From positions 1,606,807 to 1,670,806 of the forward strand of contig OY970310.1 of NCBI GenBank assembly GCA_963716425.1: 64,000 nucleotides of DNA, written 5' to 3'. Under the pieces are notes generated by a model. The model saw only the letters and a program-made list of their open reading frames with translations. It did no database searches and was not told the DNA's origin. This document shows, piece by piece, positions 19,138 through 28,571 of this stretch (positions within the stretch are counted from its first letter, which is position 1; every line of letters starts with the position of its first letter). Position numbers and translations under genes: made by a program. This DNA comes from Candidatus Babeliales bacterium (GTDB lineage Bacteria; Babelota; Babeliae; Babelales; JBFXEV01).

Positions 19138-20706
19138 ATGGAAGTACTGACAATCTACCAAATAGTTGCGTTGATTGGTGGAATGGGTATTCTGCTGAGC
19201 ATGGGGCTATTATGGTTAGCAAAAACAAAATGGGCAGCTGCCAGTAAGCTTTTGCATGAAGCAAATGACATGTGGCAACAGTCCAAAAAGAATATAGAAA
19301 ATGAACGAAAAGATGCACTTACTCAGTTAAAAGATGAATTACGCAAGCGGCGTAATGAGTTTGATACTGAGTTGAAACGGGATAGACTTGATATAGAGCG
19401 GCAACTTGATAGAGTGAATGCCAAATCAACGCTCGTTGACCAAAAAGAAGAACGCGTTGAACAGTTAGCTCTTGAACTCCAGCAAAAGGAACGTCAGATA
19501 TCGCATACTGCCGATAAGTTGCGTGTGAATGAACAAGGGCTCAAGAAGCTATACACAGAACTGATTGCGAAATTAGAATCTATTGGTAATATGACACGTG
19601 AGGACGCTCGCAAAGAATTATTTAACACACTTGATGGTGAAGTAAAACTTGCCAATGAAAAGTGGATTCAAAAAGTTGAAGAAGATTCTCGGCAAGTCGC
19701 AAAACAAAAATCAATAGATATTATCGTAGGGGCAATGCAGCGGTATACAGCCGACCAAGTCTCAAGCCATTCATCTAACGTAGTCCATTTGCCTAGTGAA
19801 GAAATGAAAGGGCGTATTATCGGCAAAGAAGGCCGTAATATAAAAGCTCTTGAAATGGCTACTGGCATGGAATTTGTGATTGGTGAAACACCAGAAATTA
19901 TTACCATCTCAGGCTTTAACCCGATCAGACGGGAAATTGCACGCAGGTCGCTTGAAAAGTTAGTACAAGACGGTCGTATAAACCCAACCCGCATAGAAGA
20001 AACCGTTGCTTTATGTGAGCGTGAGCTTGATGAGAATATTATAGAATATGGTAAAAATGCCATTCTTGAATTTAATCTCCAAGGTATCCATCCAGAAATA
20101 GTAGCACTTCTTGGTAAATTACAATTTAGAACCAGTTTCTCCCAAAACGTACTTACCCACTCTAAAGAAGTAGGCTTTTTTGCTCGCATGATAGCGCAAG
20201 AACTGGGACTTGATGGTGATATTGCAGCTCGTGCTGGTTTGCTCCATGATATTGGAAAAGCAATAACGGCTGAAGTTGAAGGCCCTCATGCAATCCTTGG
20301 TGGGGAAATTGCAAAACGATGTGGTGAAAAAGACGTGGTAGTCAATGCTATTGCGGCTCACCATGATGATGTGCCCTTTATTTCTATATATGCGCCCATT
20401 GTTCAGATTGCAGATACTATTTCTGCATCACGACCTGGTGCACGCCGGGAAACTTTCTCTGCATATATTAAACGGCTTGCAAAGCTGGAAGAAATTGCTG
20501 CAACATTTGATGGGGTCAAAAAGGCATTTGCCTTACAGGCTGGCCGAGAGTTGCGCATTATTGTGCAAGAAGATTTTCTTGATGATGATAAAGCAGCAGT
20601 ACTTGCACGTGATGTAGCGCGCGTTATTGAAAAAGAAATGTCATTTCCTGGTCAAATTAAAGTGAACGTTATTCGCGAGAAGCGTTCTATTGAATACGCA
20701 CGATAG
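19138..20706 (+). CDS. rny: Ribonuclease Y
   Basis: N-terminal TM, a long coiled coil, KH domain (GRIIGKEGRNIKALEMATG) and HD domain (HSKEV...LLHDIGKA...AAHHDD). 522 aa. Confidence 0.93.
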   Translation: MEVLTIYQIVALIGGMGILLSMGLLWLAKTKWAAASKLLHEANDMWQQSKKNIENERKDALTQLKDELRKRRNEFDTELKRDRLDIERQLDRVNAKSTLVDQKEERVEQLALELQQKERQISHTADKLRVNEQGLKKLYTELIAKLESIGNMTREDARKELFNTLDGEVKLANEKWIQKVEEDSRQVAKQKSIDIIVGAMQRYTADQVSSHSSNVVHLPSEEMKGRIIGKEGRNIKALEMATGMEFVIGETPEIITISGFNPIRREIARRSLEKLVQDGRINPTRIEETVALCERELDENIIEYGKNAILEFNLQGIHPEIVALLGKLQFRTSFSQNVLTHSKEVGFFARMIAQELGLDGDIAARAGLLHDIGKAITAEVEGPHAILGGEIAKRCGEKDVVVNAIAAHHDDVPFISIYAPIVQIADTISASRPGARRETFSAYIKRLAKLEEIAATFDGVKKAFALQAGRELRIIVQEDFLDDDKAAVLARDVARVIEKEMSFPGQIKVNVIREKRSIEYAR

Positions 20707-20712
20707 GATAGC

Positions 20713-21531
20713 ATGAGCACGATAAAGGTATTATTTTTTGGTGATTTAGTTGGTGCGCCTGGCCGCGCCGTGTTTCAGAAACATATAAATAAATTGCGTG
20801 AAAAATATAATGCCGATGCAGTGCTGGTTAATGGTGAAAATAGTGCACAAGGCAGGGGTATAACTCCGCGCGTTATGAACTTTTTTAAACATAACCATGT
20901 GAACGTGGTAACCTCGGGTAATCATATCTGGCGGTTTTCAGAGATCAATGCCTATCTTGATGAACATGATGATTTGTTGCGGCCTGCAAATTTTCCTCCC
21001 GGGTGCCCGGGTAAAGGTTATACTACCTTTACCGTAGGTGCGTATACTATTGGGGTGATTAATTTGCAAGGCCGCATTTTTATGAAAGAATTGGTGGATT
21101 GTCCTTTTAGGGCAGTAGAAGCAATACTTCCTATCTTACGCAAAAAGACCAAAATAATTTTGGTTGATATGCACGCAGAAGCTACTTCAGAAAAATATGG
21201 TATTGGTTACTTTTTGGATGGCAAAGTGAGCGCAGTAGTTGGTACGCATACGCATGTGCAAACGGCCGATGAACGTATACTCCCGCATGGCACTGCCTAT
21301 ATTTCTGATCTTGGCATGGGCGGCGCGCTTAATTCTATGATTGGCATGCAAATAGAACCTATTATTAAAAATATGCGTATGCAAATGCCGGTGAAATTTG
21401 AAGTTGAAGAAACTGGTCCAATGCTTCTTTCTGGTGTATGCATTAGTATTAATACAGTGTCAGGACTTGCTACTGCCATTGAACGTTTTCGCTTGATTGA
21501 TGATTCGGTTTCACTCTCTAATGTGGACTAG
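20713..21531 (+). CDS. ymdB: YmdB-type metallophosphoesterase (2',3'-cyclic-nucleotide phosphodiesterase family)
   Basis: IKVLFFGDLVGAPGR, VNGENSAQGRGIT, SGNHIW, DMHAEATSEK, GTHTHVQTADERIL. Immediately downstream of rny, as in Firmicutes. Confidence 0.88.
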   Translation: MSTIKVLFFGDLVGAPGRAVFQKHINKLREKYNADAVLVNGENSAQGRGITPRVMNFFKHNHVNVVTSGNHIWRFSEINAYLDEHDDLLRPANFPPGCPGKGYTTFTVGAYTIGVINLQGRIFMKELVDCPFRAVEAILPILRKKTKIILVDMHAEATSEKYGIGYFLDGKVSAVVGTHTHVQTADERILPHGTAYISDLGMGGALNSMIGMQIEPIIKNMRMQMPVKFEVEETGPMLLSGVCISINTVSGLATAIERFRLIDDSVSLSNVD

Positions 21532-21611
21532 GATTTTTATATCCTTATTACTGAAACCTTAAAGATGTTATACTCATAGTATAAAGACGTATTCTAATTG
21601 GGTTCAAGACA

Positions 21612-22433
21612 ATGCATTCACTCATTCTATTTATTCTTCTATTCTGTTCATTCTACCAATATGCCATGGATGTTCCATCTCAACAAGCTGCTGCTGCTCA
21701 AGCTGGCGCAGAAGATAGTGAAACGTTATTTGGATATATTTATAAAGGTTGGGAAAATTTTTTTGAGCGCAAATTGGATAATGAAAAAATTCCCATAGAG
21801 AGCTGTGACGAACGGGGTTCTACCTTGTTACATGTAGCATCTGCGCAGGCCCAACCAAAAATAGTGAGAATATTATTAGCTCGTGGTGCCAATGTGCATG
21901 CAGTTTCTCGTAACACAGCAACTCCGCCTTTATATGAGGCGGTGAATGGCCATTCTGGAGCTCCGCAAGTGGTTGAACAATTATTAGTACACGGGGCTGA
22001 CCCATTTTGTGAAGGACAGTATTATAAAATAACTCCCTTATATTTGGCAGCAGTAGGAGGCTATATACCAATTGTGCGACTAATCCTTATTAAATCACGT
22101 TATCCAATTGAGCATAAAATTTCTGAAAGTGAAAATTTAGAAGAGGCAGTTAAGCGTATTACTTGGGAGCGAGTACAGAATGGAAAGAAACTGCTTGCAA
22201 TGCAAGATCCTTTAAATACATGTACAGCACGCCAAAAAGTAGAGATAGATTTGAGAGTATTATCTTTAAAACAAAAACAGCAAGAATTACAAGACTACGA
22301 AATCGAACGGAAAAAAAATTTTCTAAAACTTCTTCCGTTACTTGTTCTTGAATTGTTTGAAAAAAATTTTGAACAAGAAATTCAAGACGATGTTAGAAAA
22401 ATTTTAGCCGAGTTACAAAAAAAACACAAATAA
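21612..22433 (+). CDS. Exported ANK-repeat protein
   Basis: Leader MHSLILFILLFCSFYQYAM|DV. ANK motifs: GSTLLHVASAQAQPKIVRILLARGANVHA, TPLYLAAVGGYIPIVRLIL. Confidence 0.8.
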   Translation: MHSLILFILLFCSFYQYAMDVPSQQAAAAQAGAEDSETLFGYIYKGWENFFERKLDNEKIPIESCDERGSTLLHVASAQAQPKIVRILLARGANVHAVSRNTATPPLYEAVNGHSGAPQVVEQLLVHGADPFCEGQYYKITPLYLAAVGGYIPIVRLILIKSRYPIEHKISESENLEEAVKRITWERVQNGKKLLAMQDPLNTCTARQKVEIDLRVLSLKQKQQELQDYEIERKKNFLKLLPLLVLELFEKNFEQEIQDDVRKILAELQKKHK

Positions 22434-22553
22434 TTTTGCATATCCAATGTGCAATGTGGAAGCGATCCTGTAGATTGCACGCAAGACAAAAAAACATTTG
22501 CTATATCGTAAATTTAATCGATTCTAGAAAGCAAAGAAACTCTTACAATTAAA

Positions 22554-22603
22554 AATGGCATTTTGTATATTTTACAATATATAAAATGCCATTAGTTTTT
22601 TTT
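22554..22603. terminator. Bidirectional rho-independent terminator between convergent genes
   Basis: AATGGCATTTT (22554..22564) pairs perfectly with AAAATGCCATT (22583..22593). The intervening sequence extends the stem. An A-run lies upstream and T8 lies downstream. Confidence 0.75.
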
Positions 22604-22799
22604 AGACGCGATTATGTGGATTATGATGCGGGGGTTGGTTATCGCGCAATAAATGCATAACCAAAGAGGCTATGAATAATACTACGAATATATAGAAGAG
22701 GATTTTAGCAATTGCTGCAAATCCTACAGCGATTGTTGTGAACCCTAAAACACCAGCAACTACTGCTAGTAACGCAAAAGTTATAACTAAACCTAACAT
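22602..22799 (-). CDS. Small two-TM membrane protein, DUF1328/UPF0391 (YtjA-like)
   Basis: MLGLVITFALLAVVAGVLGFTTIAVGFAAIAKILFYIFVVLFIASLV matches the family consensus closely. Confidence 0.8.
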   Translation of the reverse strand: MLGLVITFALLAVVAGVLGFTTIAVGFAAIAKILFYIFVVLFIASLVMHLLRDNQPPHHNPHNRV

Positions 22800-23006
22800 A
22801 CCTACTCCTTTAGTATTGGGGTTACATGATATATATCACTAATTACAGGATACCATATCTGATTATCAAAAAGCTAGAGTTTAGGGTATTTTCCATGTCA
22901 ATAAATTTGAGTTTATTGACATGGAATTCTTCTGTTTTTAGAGAATAATGGTATGCTAATACCAGTAATAAATCAGTAAAAAACCCTTTTGAAAAAGAAA
23001 ACAAAA

Positions 23007-23784
23007 ATGAAAAAAAATATCTTAGCATTACTTGCTATCGTGACTTTCAATCCTTCAAGCGCTTGCGCGATGGATGCTATGCCTGCTGCCAAAACTTCAT
23101 CTGAGGTGTATTTTAAAAAATATCCAGTGCAAATACCATTGAGATGGGATAAGCAAGATGCGCCAACAACACAAAAAGATGTATTTCTTTCTCTTCCTGC
23201 AAATCTAGTAGAGGGGCTAAAAGATCCCTCAAAAGGCACGCCTATTCCTGCTGATATTGCACGGGGCGTTCTTGGCACTTTGCTGGCAGCTCAGGAAATA
23301 CAAGGAGTGAAGGAAATGCGGAAAGCGGCGTATAACTTGTGCTGCGCTCATGTTTGCCAATGATAAAGGTTGGGAATTTCCTAAAAATGAACCTGCCATG
23401 CGGCGGGTTAATCCCGAGTTATTTGCTCTCTTGCAAAAGAAAGAAACCTATTTTATGTTTTTCCCAGAGAAGAAAGTGCTCCTATTAAGATGGGATTTGG
23501 GTGAGCATAGAGAAGGGTGGGCATTTGATGAAATTATTCAAATTCAGTGTATAGACGATCACCCTAGAAAAGGGACCTGTTCTGATACCACTCTAAAATA
23601 TTATAATCAGGAAAAAAATGTTGTTGGTGAAGTACCGGTATCAGTTTTGCTTCAAGTATTTGAAAGAGCAGGTAAGAAGCCACAATCTCAAGATGTTGTG
23701 GTGAGCAAAGAAGATCTCATTGCAATGGGTCTGGATTATGTTTCTAATCCGGATAATCTTAAGGGAGCTTTAAGAATTAAATAA
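23007..23784 (+). pseudogene. Frame-split paralog of 24581..25303 (two ORFs, 22989/23007..23363 and 23350..23784, in different frames)
   Basis: ORF1 (leader MKKNILALLAIVTFNPSSACAM|DA; KDVFLSLPANLVEGLKDPSKG) aligns to the N-terminal half of the 240-aa protein. ORF2 (LLLRWDLGEHREGWAFDEIIQIQCIDDHP...VSVLLQVFE) aligns to the C-terminal half (IALRRDIGGNPKAWYFTELFKIEVDEQQP...EAVLLTQFE). The frames overlap over 23317..23363. It could still be two coupled cistrons. Confidence 0.5.
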
Positions 23785-24465
23785 ATGCATTACATCGTAT
23801 ATAAGTTGGATGCTACTTTAAAAGCAGCATCCAATCAAGAAATTGCACGAGCTCAAACTGCATATATGCGAGATCAGTTTCCCTTTTTTGGGATCAAAAA
23901 ACCAAATGCCATCAAGCTGATGCGTGCCATTTTTAGAGAGCATCCGATAACAAGTGAAGATGAATTGATTGAATGCGTACATCAATTATGGCGCTTGCCT
24001 GAACGGGACTTCCAATATGCAGCGTATGAGCTGTTAGTTTTTCATAAAAAATTATGGAGCGAAAATTTACTGCCCGTATTAACATGTCTGATAACTTCAA
24101 AATCGTGGTGGGATACGGTGGATGCATTAGCATCAAATGGGGTAGGATTATTACTACAAAAATATCCTAAACTGGTGCCGGTTGTTGATGCGTGGGTGGC
24201 CAGTGACAACGTGTGGTTACGAAGATCTGCACTTATATATCAGCTTCGTTATAAAGAGAAGACTGATGTAGTGCGCCTATTCCGTTACGTTGATATGCTC
24301 GCCCACGAGAAAGAATTCTTTATTAGAAAAGCTATCGGCTGGGCATTACGCGAATATGCAAAGACTGACCAAGAGGCAGTTTGCACATTTATTATAGCGC
24401 GCAAAGTTACGCTTTCACCGCTCAGTTTCCGTGAAGCAGCAAAGCATTTAGAGTTTAGTTTATAA
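23785..24465 (+). CDS. DNA alkylation repair enzyme (AlkC/AlkD-like HEAT-repeat glycosylase family)
   Basis: AQTAYMRDQFPFFGIKKP, WWDTVDALA, DNVWLRRSALIYQL, FFIRKAIGWALREYAKTD are typical of the DNA_alkylation family. Confidence 0.8.
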   Translation: MHYIVYKLDATLKAASNQEIARAQTAYMRDQFPFFGIKKPNAIKLMRAIFREHPITSEDELIECVHQLWRLPERDFQYAAYELLVFHKKLWSENLLPVLTCLITSKSWWDTVDALASNGVGLLLQKYPKLVPVVDAWVASDNVWLRRSALIYQLRYKEKTDVVRLFRYVDMLAHEKEFFIRKAIGWALREYAKTDQEAVCTFIIARKVTLSPLSFREAAKHLEFSL

Positions 24466-24580
24466 GACTCAAGCTGCACCAATACTTGAGTAAGATTTTG
24501 CAGTAGAATATCAATTTAGTGTATTTTAATATATATAATAAAAGAGCTAAGAAATCCTTCTTAAGTATGAAAGAAATAAG

Positions 24581-25303
24581 ATGCAAAAAATATTAATTTT
24601 AATACTTGTTACAGTGCTTGCCAATCCAAGTGCTTTTGGCATGGATAACGCGCCTAAAAGAAATAATAAGGGCCTTGCTCAAGGATTTAAAATTAAGCTG
24701 TCTCTACAAGTTGATGGTGTAGCTCGCGATTTAACAAAAAGTGTTTTTGTGCTGGCGCCTGAAGGAATGAGTAAGGGCAAAGCAGAAACTTATTTTAGGA
24801 AAAAAGAAAAGGAATTATTCCCCAAAGTAATGCAGTGTGTTGATGCATGTATTGCACAGATCAATGTGGCTCCTGTTGTAGCCCCTGGCCAACCCAGTCT
24901 TTGGGAAATGCTCCTTGATCCCAAGAGCATATTTGAGTTCAAAGAGGGTTCACCGAGCATAGCGCTCAGACGAGATATAGGTGGTAATCCAAAAGCATGG
25001 TACTTTACCGAACTATTTAAAATAGAGGTTGATGAGCAACAACCAGATCAAAGTAGTTGTTCGGCATTAATGGTCGGTTGTCATCATGATCAGCAAGGTG
25101 TGCATGAAGCTGTTTTATTAACGCAATTTGAAGAATTTTATACAAATCATTCGGGAGTTAAAAAAGCTGATGTTAAAGAGCTGTGCAAAGGTCAACCAGA
25201 AGAAGACTATGATACTCTACGCAGAGTTAAAGTGGTTCAAATGGCAACTTTTGCGTTGTTAAACCAAGCAAAATATCAGCAAATTTTTCTTAAGAGAAAA
25301 TAG
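24581..25303 (+). CDS. Exported hypothetical protein (intact paralog of the split gene at 23007..23784)
   Basis: Leader MQKILILILVTVLANPSAFGM|DN. Collinear with both split ORFs upstream. Confidence 0.7.
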   Translation: MQKILILILVTVLANPSAFGMDNAPKRNNKGLAQGFKIKLSLQVDGVARDLTKSVFVLAPEGMSKGKAETYFRKKEKELFPKVMQCVDACIAQINVAPVVAPGQPSLWEMLLDPKSIFEFKEGSPSIALRRDIGGNPKAWYFTELFKIEVDEQQPDQSSCSALMVGCHHDQQGVHEAVLLTQFEEFYTNHSGVKKADVKELCKGQPEEDYDTLRRVKVVQMATFALLNQAKYQQIFLKRK

Positions 25304-25327
25304 TTTTTTAACTTGAACACTTTTTAT

Positions 25328-25423
25328 GTGCTTGCCTATGAACGCGAGTTTTGTATCAGAAAAGCTATCGGGTGGGCATTGCGAGAATATGCAAGGTTGA
25401 CTAGAGCTGCAGTTGTGCTATGA
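25328..25423 (+). pseudogene. 3' remnant of a second AlkD-like gene
   Basis: Translates as VLAYEREFCIRKAIGWALREYARLTRAAVVL*, compared with the intact gene's MLAHEKEFFIRKAIGWALREYAKTDQEAVCTF. The nucleotide similarity to 24294..24390 is obvious. No upstream ORF remains. Confidence 0.75.
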
Positions 25424-25499
25424 TGTGTTTAAGAAGTCATGACTCTACTCAAACAAACCAGTTTAAAGTAATAATACTTCATCAATAAAGGAAACTCCT

Positions 25500-26141
25500 A
25501 TGAATAACAAACTTAATATCCTCTGTCTCGCTCTTCTTTCTCTTATTACCTGTTCAACGCAACCGAAGGACGCAGTACATATCTCAATTTGCATAGAATT
25601 TGCCAACAATACTGTTATAGATGAATCCATAAGACAAGAGTTGTTTGAGCATGCACTACAAAGTGTGCATGAAATTTGTGAAGTAGCTTCTTGTGAAGTT
25701 AAGCTTAATATTAAACAAACTAAATCTGAGCTTGAGATTGATTCAGAAGTAGTATCAACTTGTGAAAACGATGAGTTAGTGCGTACTTTAAATAATCATC
25801 TTGTGTGCAAATTGCTCACATTTGTTGATGCGTGCAATCAACATGCAGTAGAAGAAGGCTATGACATTACATTTCACATAGATACAACCAATGATGAAAT
25901 AGCTCTAGTTATTGTATGTGGTGAACTTGAACCAAAGCCAACCTATTGGCAATCAGTAAAAAATACCGTAAGCGTTGCAGCTAATGCAGTGACAACAAAG
26001 GCAACTAATGCTGGCGTATTCATGAAAGATGTAACACAAGCAGGTGCTCAAAAAGTATCAAATGCAGCGTACGTTGTTAAAGAGAAAACAAAACACGGTA
26101 TTCATTCTGTAGCTGAAAAAGTGTCAGATATAACTGCATAA
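25500..26141 (+). CDS. Exported hypothetical protein with KTKxG[IV]-type amphipathic repeat tail (paralog of 28776..29321)
   Basis: Leader MNNKLNILCLALLSLITCS. Shared blocks: ...HEICEVASCEVKLNIKQ; FVDACNQHAVEEGYDITFHIDT; YWQSVKNT...NAGVFMKDVTQAGAQKVSNAAYVVKEKTKHGIHSVAEKVSD. Confidence 0.7.
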   Translation: MNNKLNILCLALLSLITCSTQPKDAVHISICIEFANNTVIDESIRQELFEHALQSVHEICEVASCEVKLNIKQTKSELEIDSEVVSTCENDELVRTLNNHLVCKLLTFVDACNQHAVEEGYDITFHIDTTNDEIALVIVCGELEPKPTYWQSVKNTVSVAANAVTTKATNAGVFMKDVTQAGAQKVSNAAYVVKEKTKHGIHSVAEKVSDITA

Positions 26142-26165
26142 TTATTTTGATTTGTAATCTAATGG

Positions 26166-26199
26166 CCGTGGTTGGGACTATATCTCAACCACGGTTTTT
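26166..26199 (+). terminator. Rho-independent terminator after 25500..26141
   Basis: CCGTGGTTG (26166..26174) pairs perfectly with CAACCACGG (26186..26194), followed by TTTTT. Confidence 0.7.
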
Positions 26200-26210
26200 C
26201 TGTTCCATTC

Positions 26211-27321
26211 TTATTTTACCTGTTTACCGGCAGTATGATATTGAATATAGTGGCCACCACTTTTTTGCGCGAGTGCAGCCATACGAGATTCAAACTGTTG
26301 CCACGTTGCAGCGTTTTTTTGTTTATAATCCCCACTATAATATACAATAAGATTGATTTCCAAATTACCATATGTTAGGAATGGCGTGACTGCATGTTCA
26401 ATCGCTTGCATGATCCAAGAAAGATCATTTTCAAATACGCCACCACCGATTAACGTTAAAAAGACCTTTTTCTTACCATGTGCATAAGCGCTTCTGAGAG
26501 CACTTTCATACGCTGCATATAACAGCATTTGCGCAAGATTTTTGAAGCCCTTTGATTTAGCTTTATCACCATAGGGGTTCAATGCTGCTGCAAATATCTG
26601 GTTAATGCGTTGGCTTGGGTCAATAACTTTTACTGCCATATAGTTTGGCAATTCATTTTTAAGGGGTCCAAGCCCACCAGAAACTTGAATATCACTATGG
26701 AAAGCACTTTGCACCTTGCCAGCTAATGCTTTTAATTCAGCATCAGAGAGATTTGCAAATTCATCAATATTTGGGACCTGGCCAATGTACCCATTATGTA
26801 CCGGGATAACCGGTGCTGTATTGAATTGTTCAAGCAGATTCAGCTGTTCTTGCAATTGACCATAATAGGTTGTGCCATTGACTACATGAGGCATGTAATA
26901 CATGCGGTAGATAATACCGGGCATTGCAGAAATTGCTGCAGCTTCTCCTTGTACGTACAGGCTAGGGTCTTAAGTAAGGCATAATGCCAAAATTTGGATT
27001 GCCACTGCCTTCAAGGCCATTAAAATTAGAAGCTACTTGAAACACTGCATCCTTATTCTCTGGTGCAGCTTGTAAAGCAGTAACGTCAACATATTCTCTA
27101 AACCAATTATTCCATGGCGTGTCATGGCCTTCAATCACATTAAATACACTACCTGAGCCACCTTTTTTGATTTTGCGCAATGCCTCTACTGATGCAACTT
27201 CAACAGTTCCCATGTGCCATGGTTGACTGGTTTGTTTGTTTACAAGAGCGTTACCTTTGACCATTGCCTGTTTTTGCGTAGCATTTAATGTACTAAAATC
27301 TTTTTCAGACATGCCTACCAC
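26211..27321 (-). pseudogene. Bacterial-type PARG / DUF2263-like macrodomain-fold protein, interrupted by a single frameshift
   Basis: The upstream ORF 26962..27321 ends ...AVFQVASNFNGLEGSGNPNFGIMPYLRP*. The frame of 26211..26924 is already open from 26954, reading DPSLYVQGEAAAISAMPGIIY... The two frames co-exist only across about 8 nt, so one indel restores a ~368-aa protein. Motifs resemble bacterial PARG: hh-N/Q-[FV]-AS...G.G ... Q(G/E)E, and KKVFLTLIGGGVFENDL (compare LVLGAWGCGVFxNDP). Confidence 0.5.
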
Positions 27322-27383
27322 GTGAGCAAATGGATCAAATTGCTCACGTTTGCTTTCTTGTGAAGGCTCGTTATTACACGTAG

Positions 27384-28571
27384 CTACTTTTTTTTTGAAC
27401 TTGATAAAGTTGCTTCAAGTATATTGAGGTTCTTTTGTAAGATATCAAGAGATTGTGCAAGTGGTGAGGCCCCCAGTAAAGAAGGCTGCGTGGATGTTTG
27501 TGTAGTTGGTTGTGGAGCCACTGTTGCTTGCACTGCTTTTTTTTGTAATTCAGCTCGCACTTCCATAAGAATACGGCCTAACCAATTTTGTCCTAGATAG
27601 TCGTCTCCTGCACCAAAAAAGGAATCATTCTTGCCAGCATCTTCTACTAATATAGCATTGCCTGTTTGAAGGAGCATTGTGGCCAATTGAGGATACTGAG
27701 CAAATTTTTCATATATTGCTTTGCGCATGTTATCAAGATTTACATCATACCAATCTGGGCGTAAAGATTGCTTATTTTTATTTGCAAAATCAAAAGCTTT
27801 GCGAGGTGCGCTGCCCGAGGAATCAGATTTGAATTTTTGTATGATATTTTGGAGGTTGGGATCAGTGAATTTAGAAGCTTGGTAGTATTGCTCGGTAGTT
27901 GGCCATACTTTGCCATCTACTGTAATATCTTGCTCATAGAAATTAGTAAATTCATAATAGGGTTTATTCGATTGATAGAAATAAATGGCACCTGGAATAT
28001 TTTGCCATGAAGTAGCTTGAGGAACGTATTGTTTCCAAGGATCAGGGGTTATTGCTTTTGATTTAGGCTGCTCTAGAGCACTTACTTTTTTGGGCCAGAT
28101 AGTTTGAAACACATGTAAAAATTCTTTGGCAACAATTGTATTTGCATTTGGTTTTGGTTTTACCGGACCTTTTTGGAGTAGTTGATTTACAGGAATCCAT
28201 ACAAAGTCGGAGACTTGTGGCGTACGTCCATTAGTGTAAAGATCATTGCCACGAATAAAAATAGGCACAGGAACAATGTAATAAGTGAGATTATACATTT
28301 CTTCCATGGGCATGCCTTGCACATTTATTACATACATGCCATTTGTTCCGGCACTCAGAGCTTTCTGAGCAGCGGCATCTGCACTTTCACCATGTTGGAT
28401 TGGGGCTCGGAACGGCCACCACTGACCATTTTGTAGCCCTAGTAACACAGACCATTCATTATTTTGGGGATTTTTAGATACAGGAATGGCAACCGCATAT
28501 TCTACTGCACAGACAGTGCCTATTTGAAAGCTCATAAAACTTATTATTAATAGTGCTATTTTGTTCTTCAT
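27384..28571 (-). CDS. Exported two-domain protein: degenerate Nudix-like fold plus NADAR (YbiA/DUF1768) domain
   Basis: Leader MKNKIALLIISFMSFQIGTVCA. SVLLGLQNGQWWPFRAPIQHGESADAAAQKALSAGTNG follows the Nudix-box spacing, but REx2EE is replaced by KALSAG. NADAR: GAIYFYQSNKPYYEFTNFY...VDGKVWPTTEQYYQASKF...LVEDAGKNDSFFGAGDDYLGQNWLGRILMEVRAEL. Q/T/S/P-rich tail. Confidence 0.85.
   Translation of the reverse strand: MKNKIALLIISFMSFQIGTVCAVEYAVAIPVSKNPQNNEWSVLLGLQNGQWWPFRAPIQHGESADAAAQKALSAGTNGMYVINVQGMPMEEMYNLTYYIVPVPIFIRGNDLYTNGRTPQVSDFVWIPVNQLLQKGPVKPKPNANTIVAKEFLHVFQTIWPKKVSALEQPKSKAITPDPWKQYVPQATSWQNIPGAIYFYQSNKPYYEFTNFYEQDITVDGKVWPTTEQYYQASKFTDPNLQNIIQKFKSDSSGSAPRKAFDFANKNKQSLRPDWYDVNLDNMRKAIYEKFAQYPQLATMLLQTGNAILVEDAGKNDSFFGAGDDYLGQNWLGRILMEVRAELQKKAVQATVAPQPTTQTSTQPSLLGASPLAQSLDILQKNLNILEATLSSSKKK

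Noticed and set aside
19668-20189. 173-aa minus-strand ORF
   Set aside because: It is antisense to the KH/HD region of rny and is a shadow frame.
26925-26965. Programmed ribosomal frameshift in the PARG-like gene
   Set aside because: There is no slippery heptamer or downstream structure, and the frame overlap is only ~8 nt. A simple indel (mutation or sequencing error) is more parsimonious.
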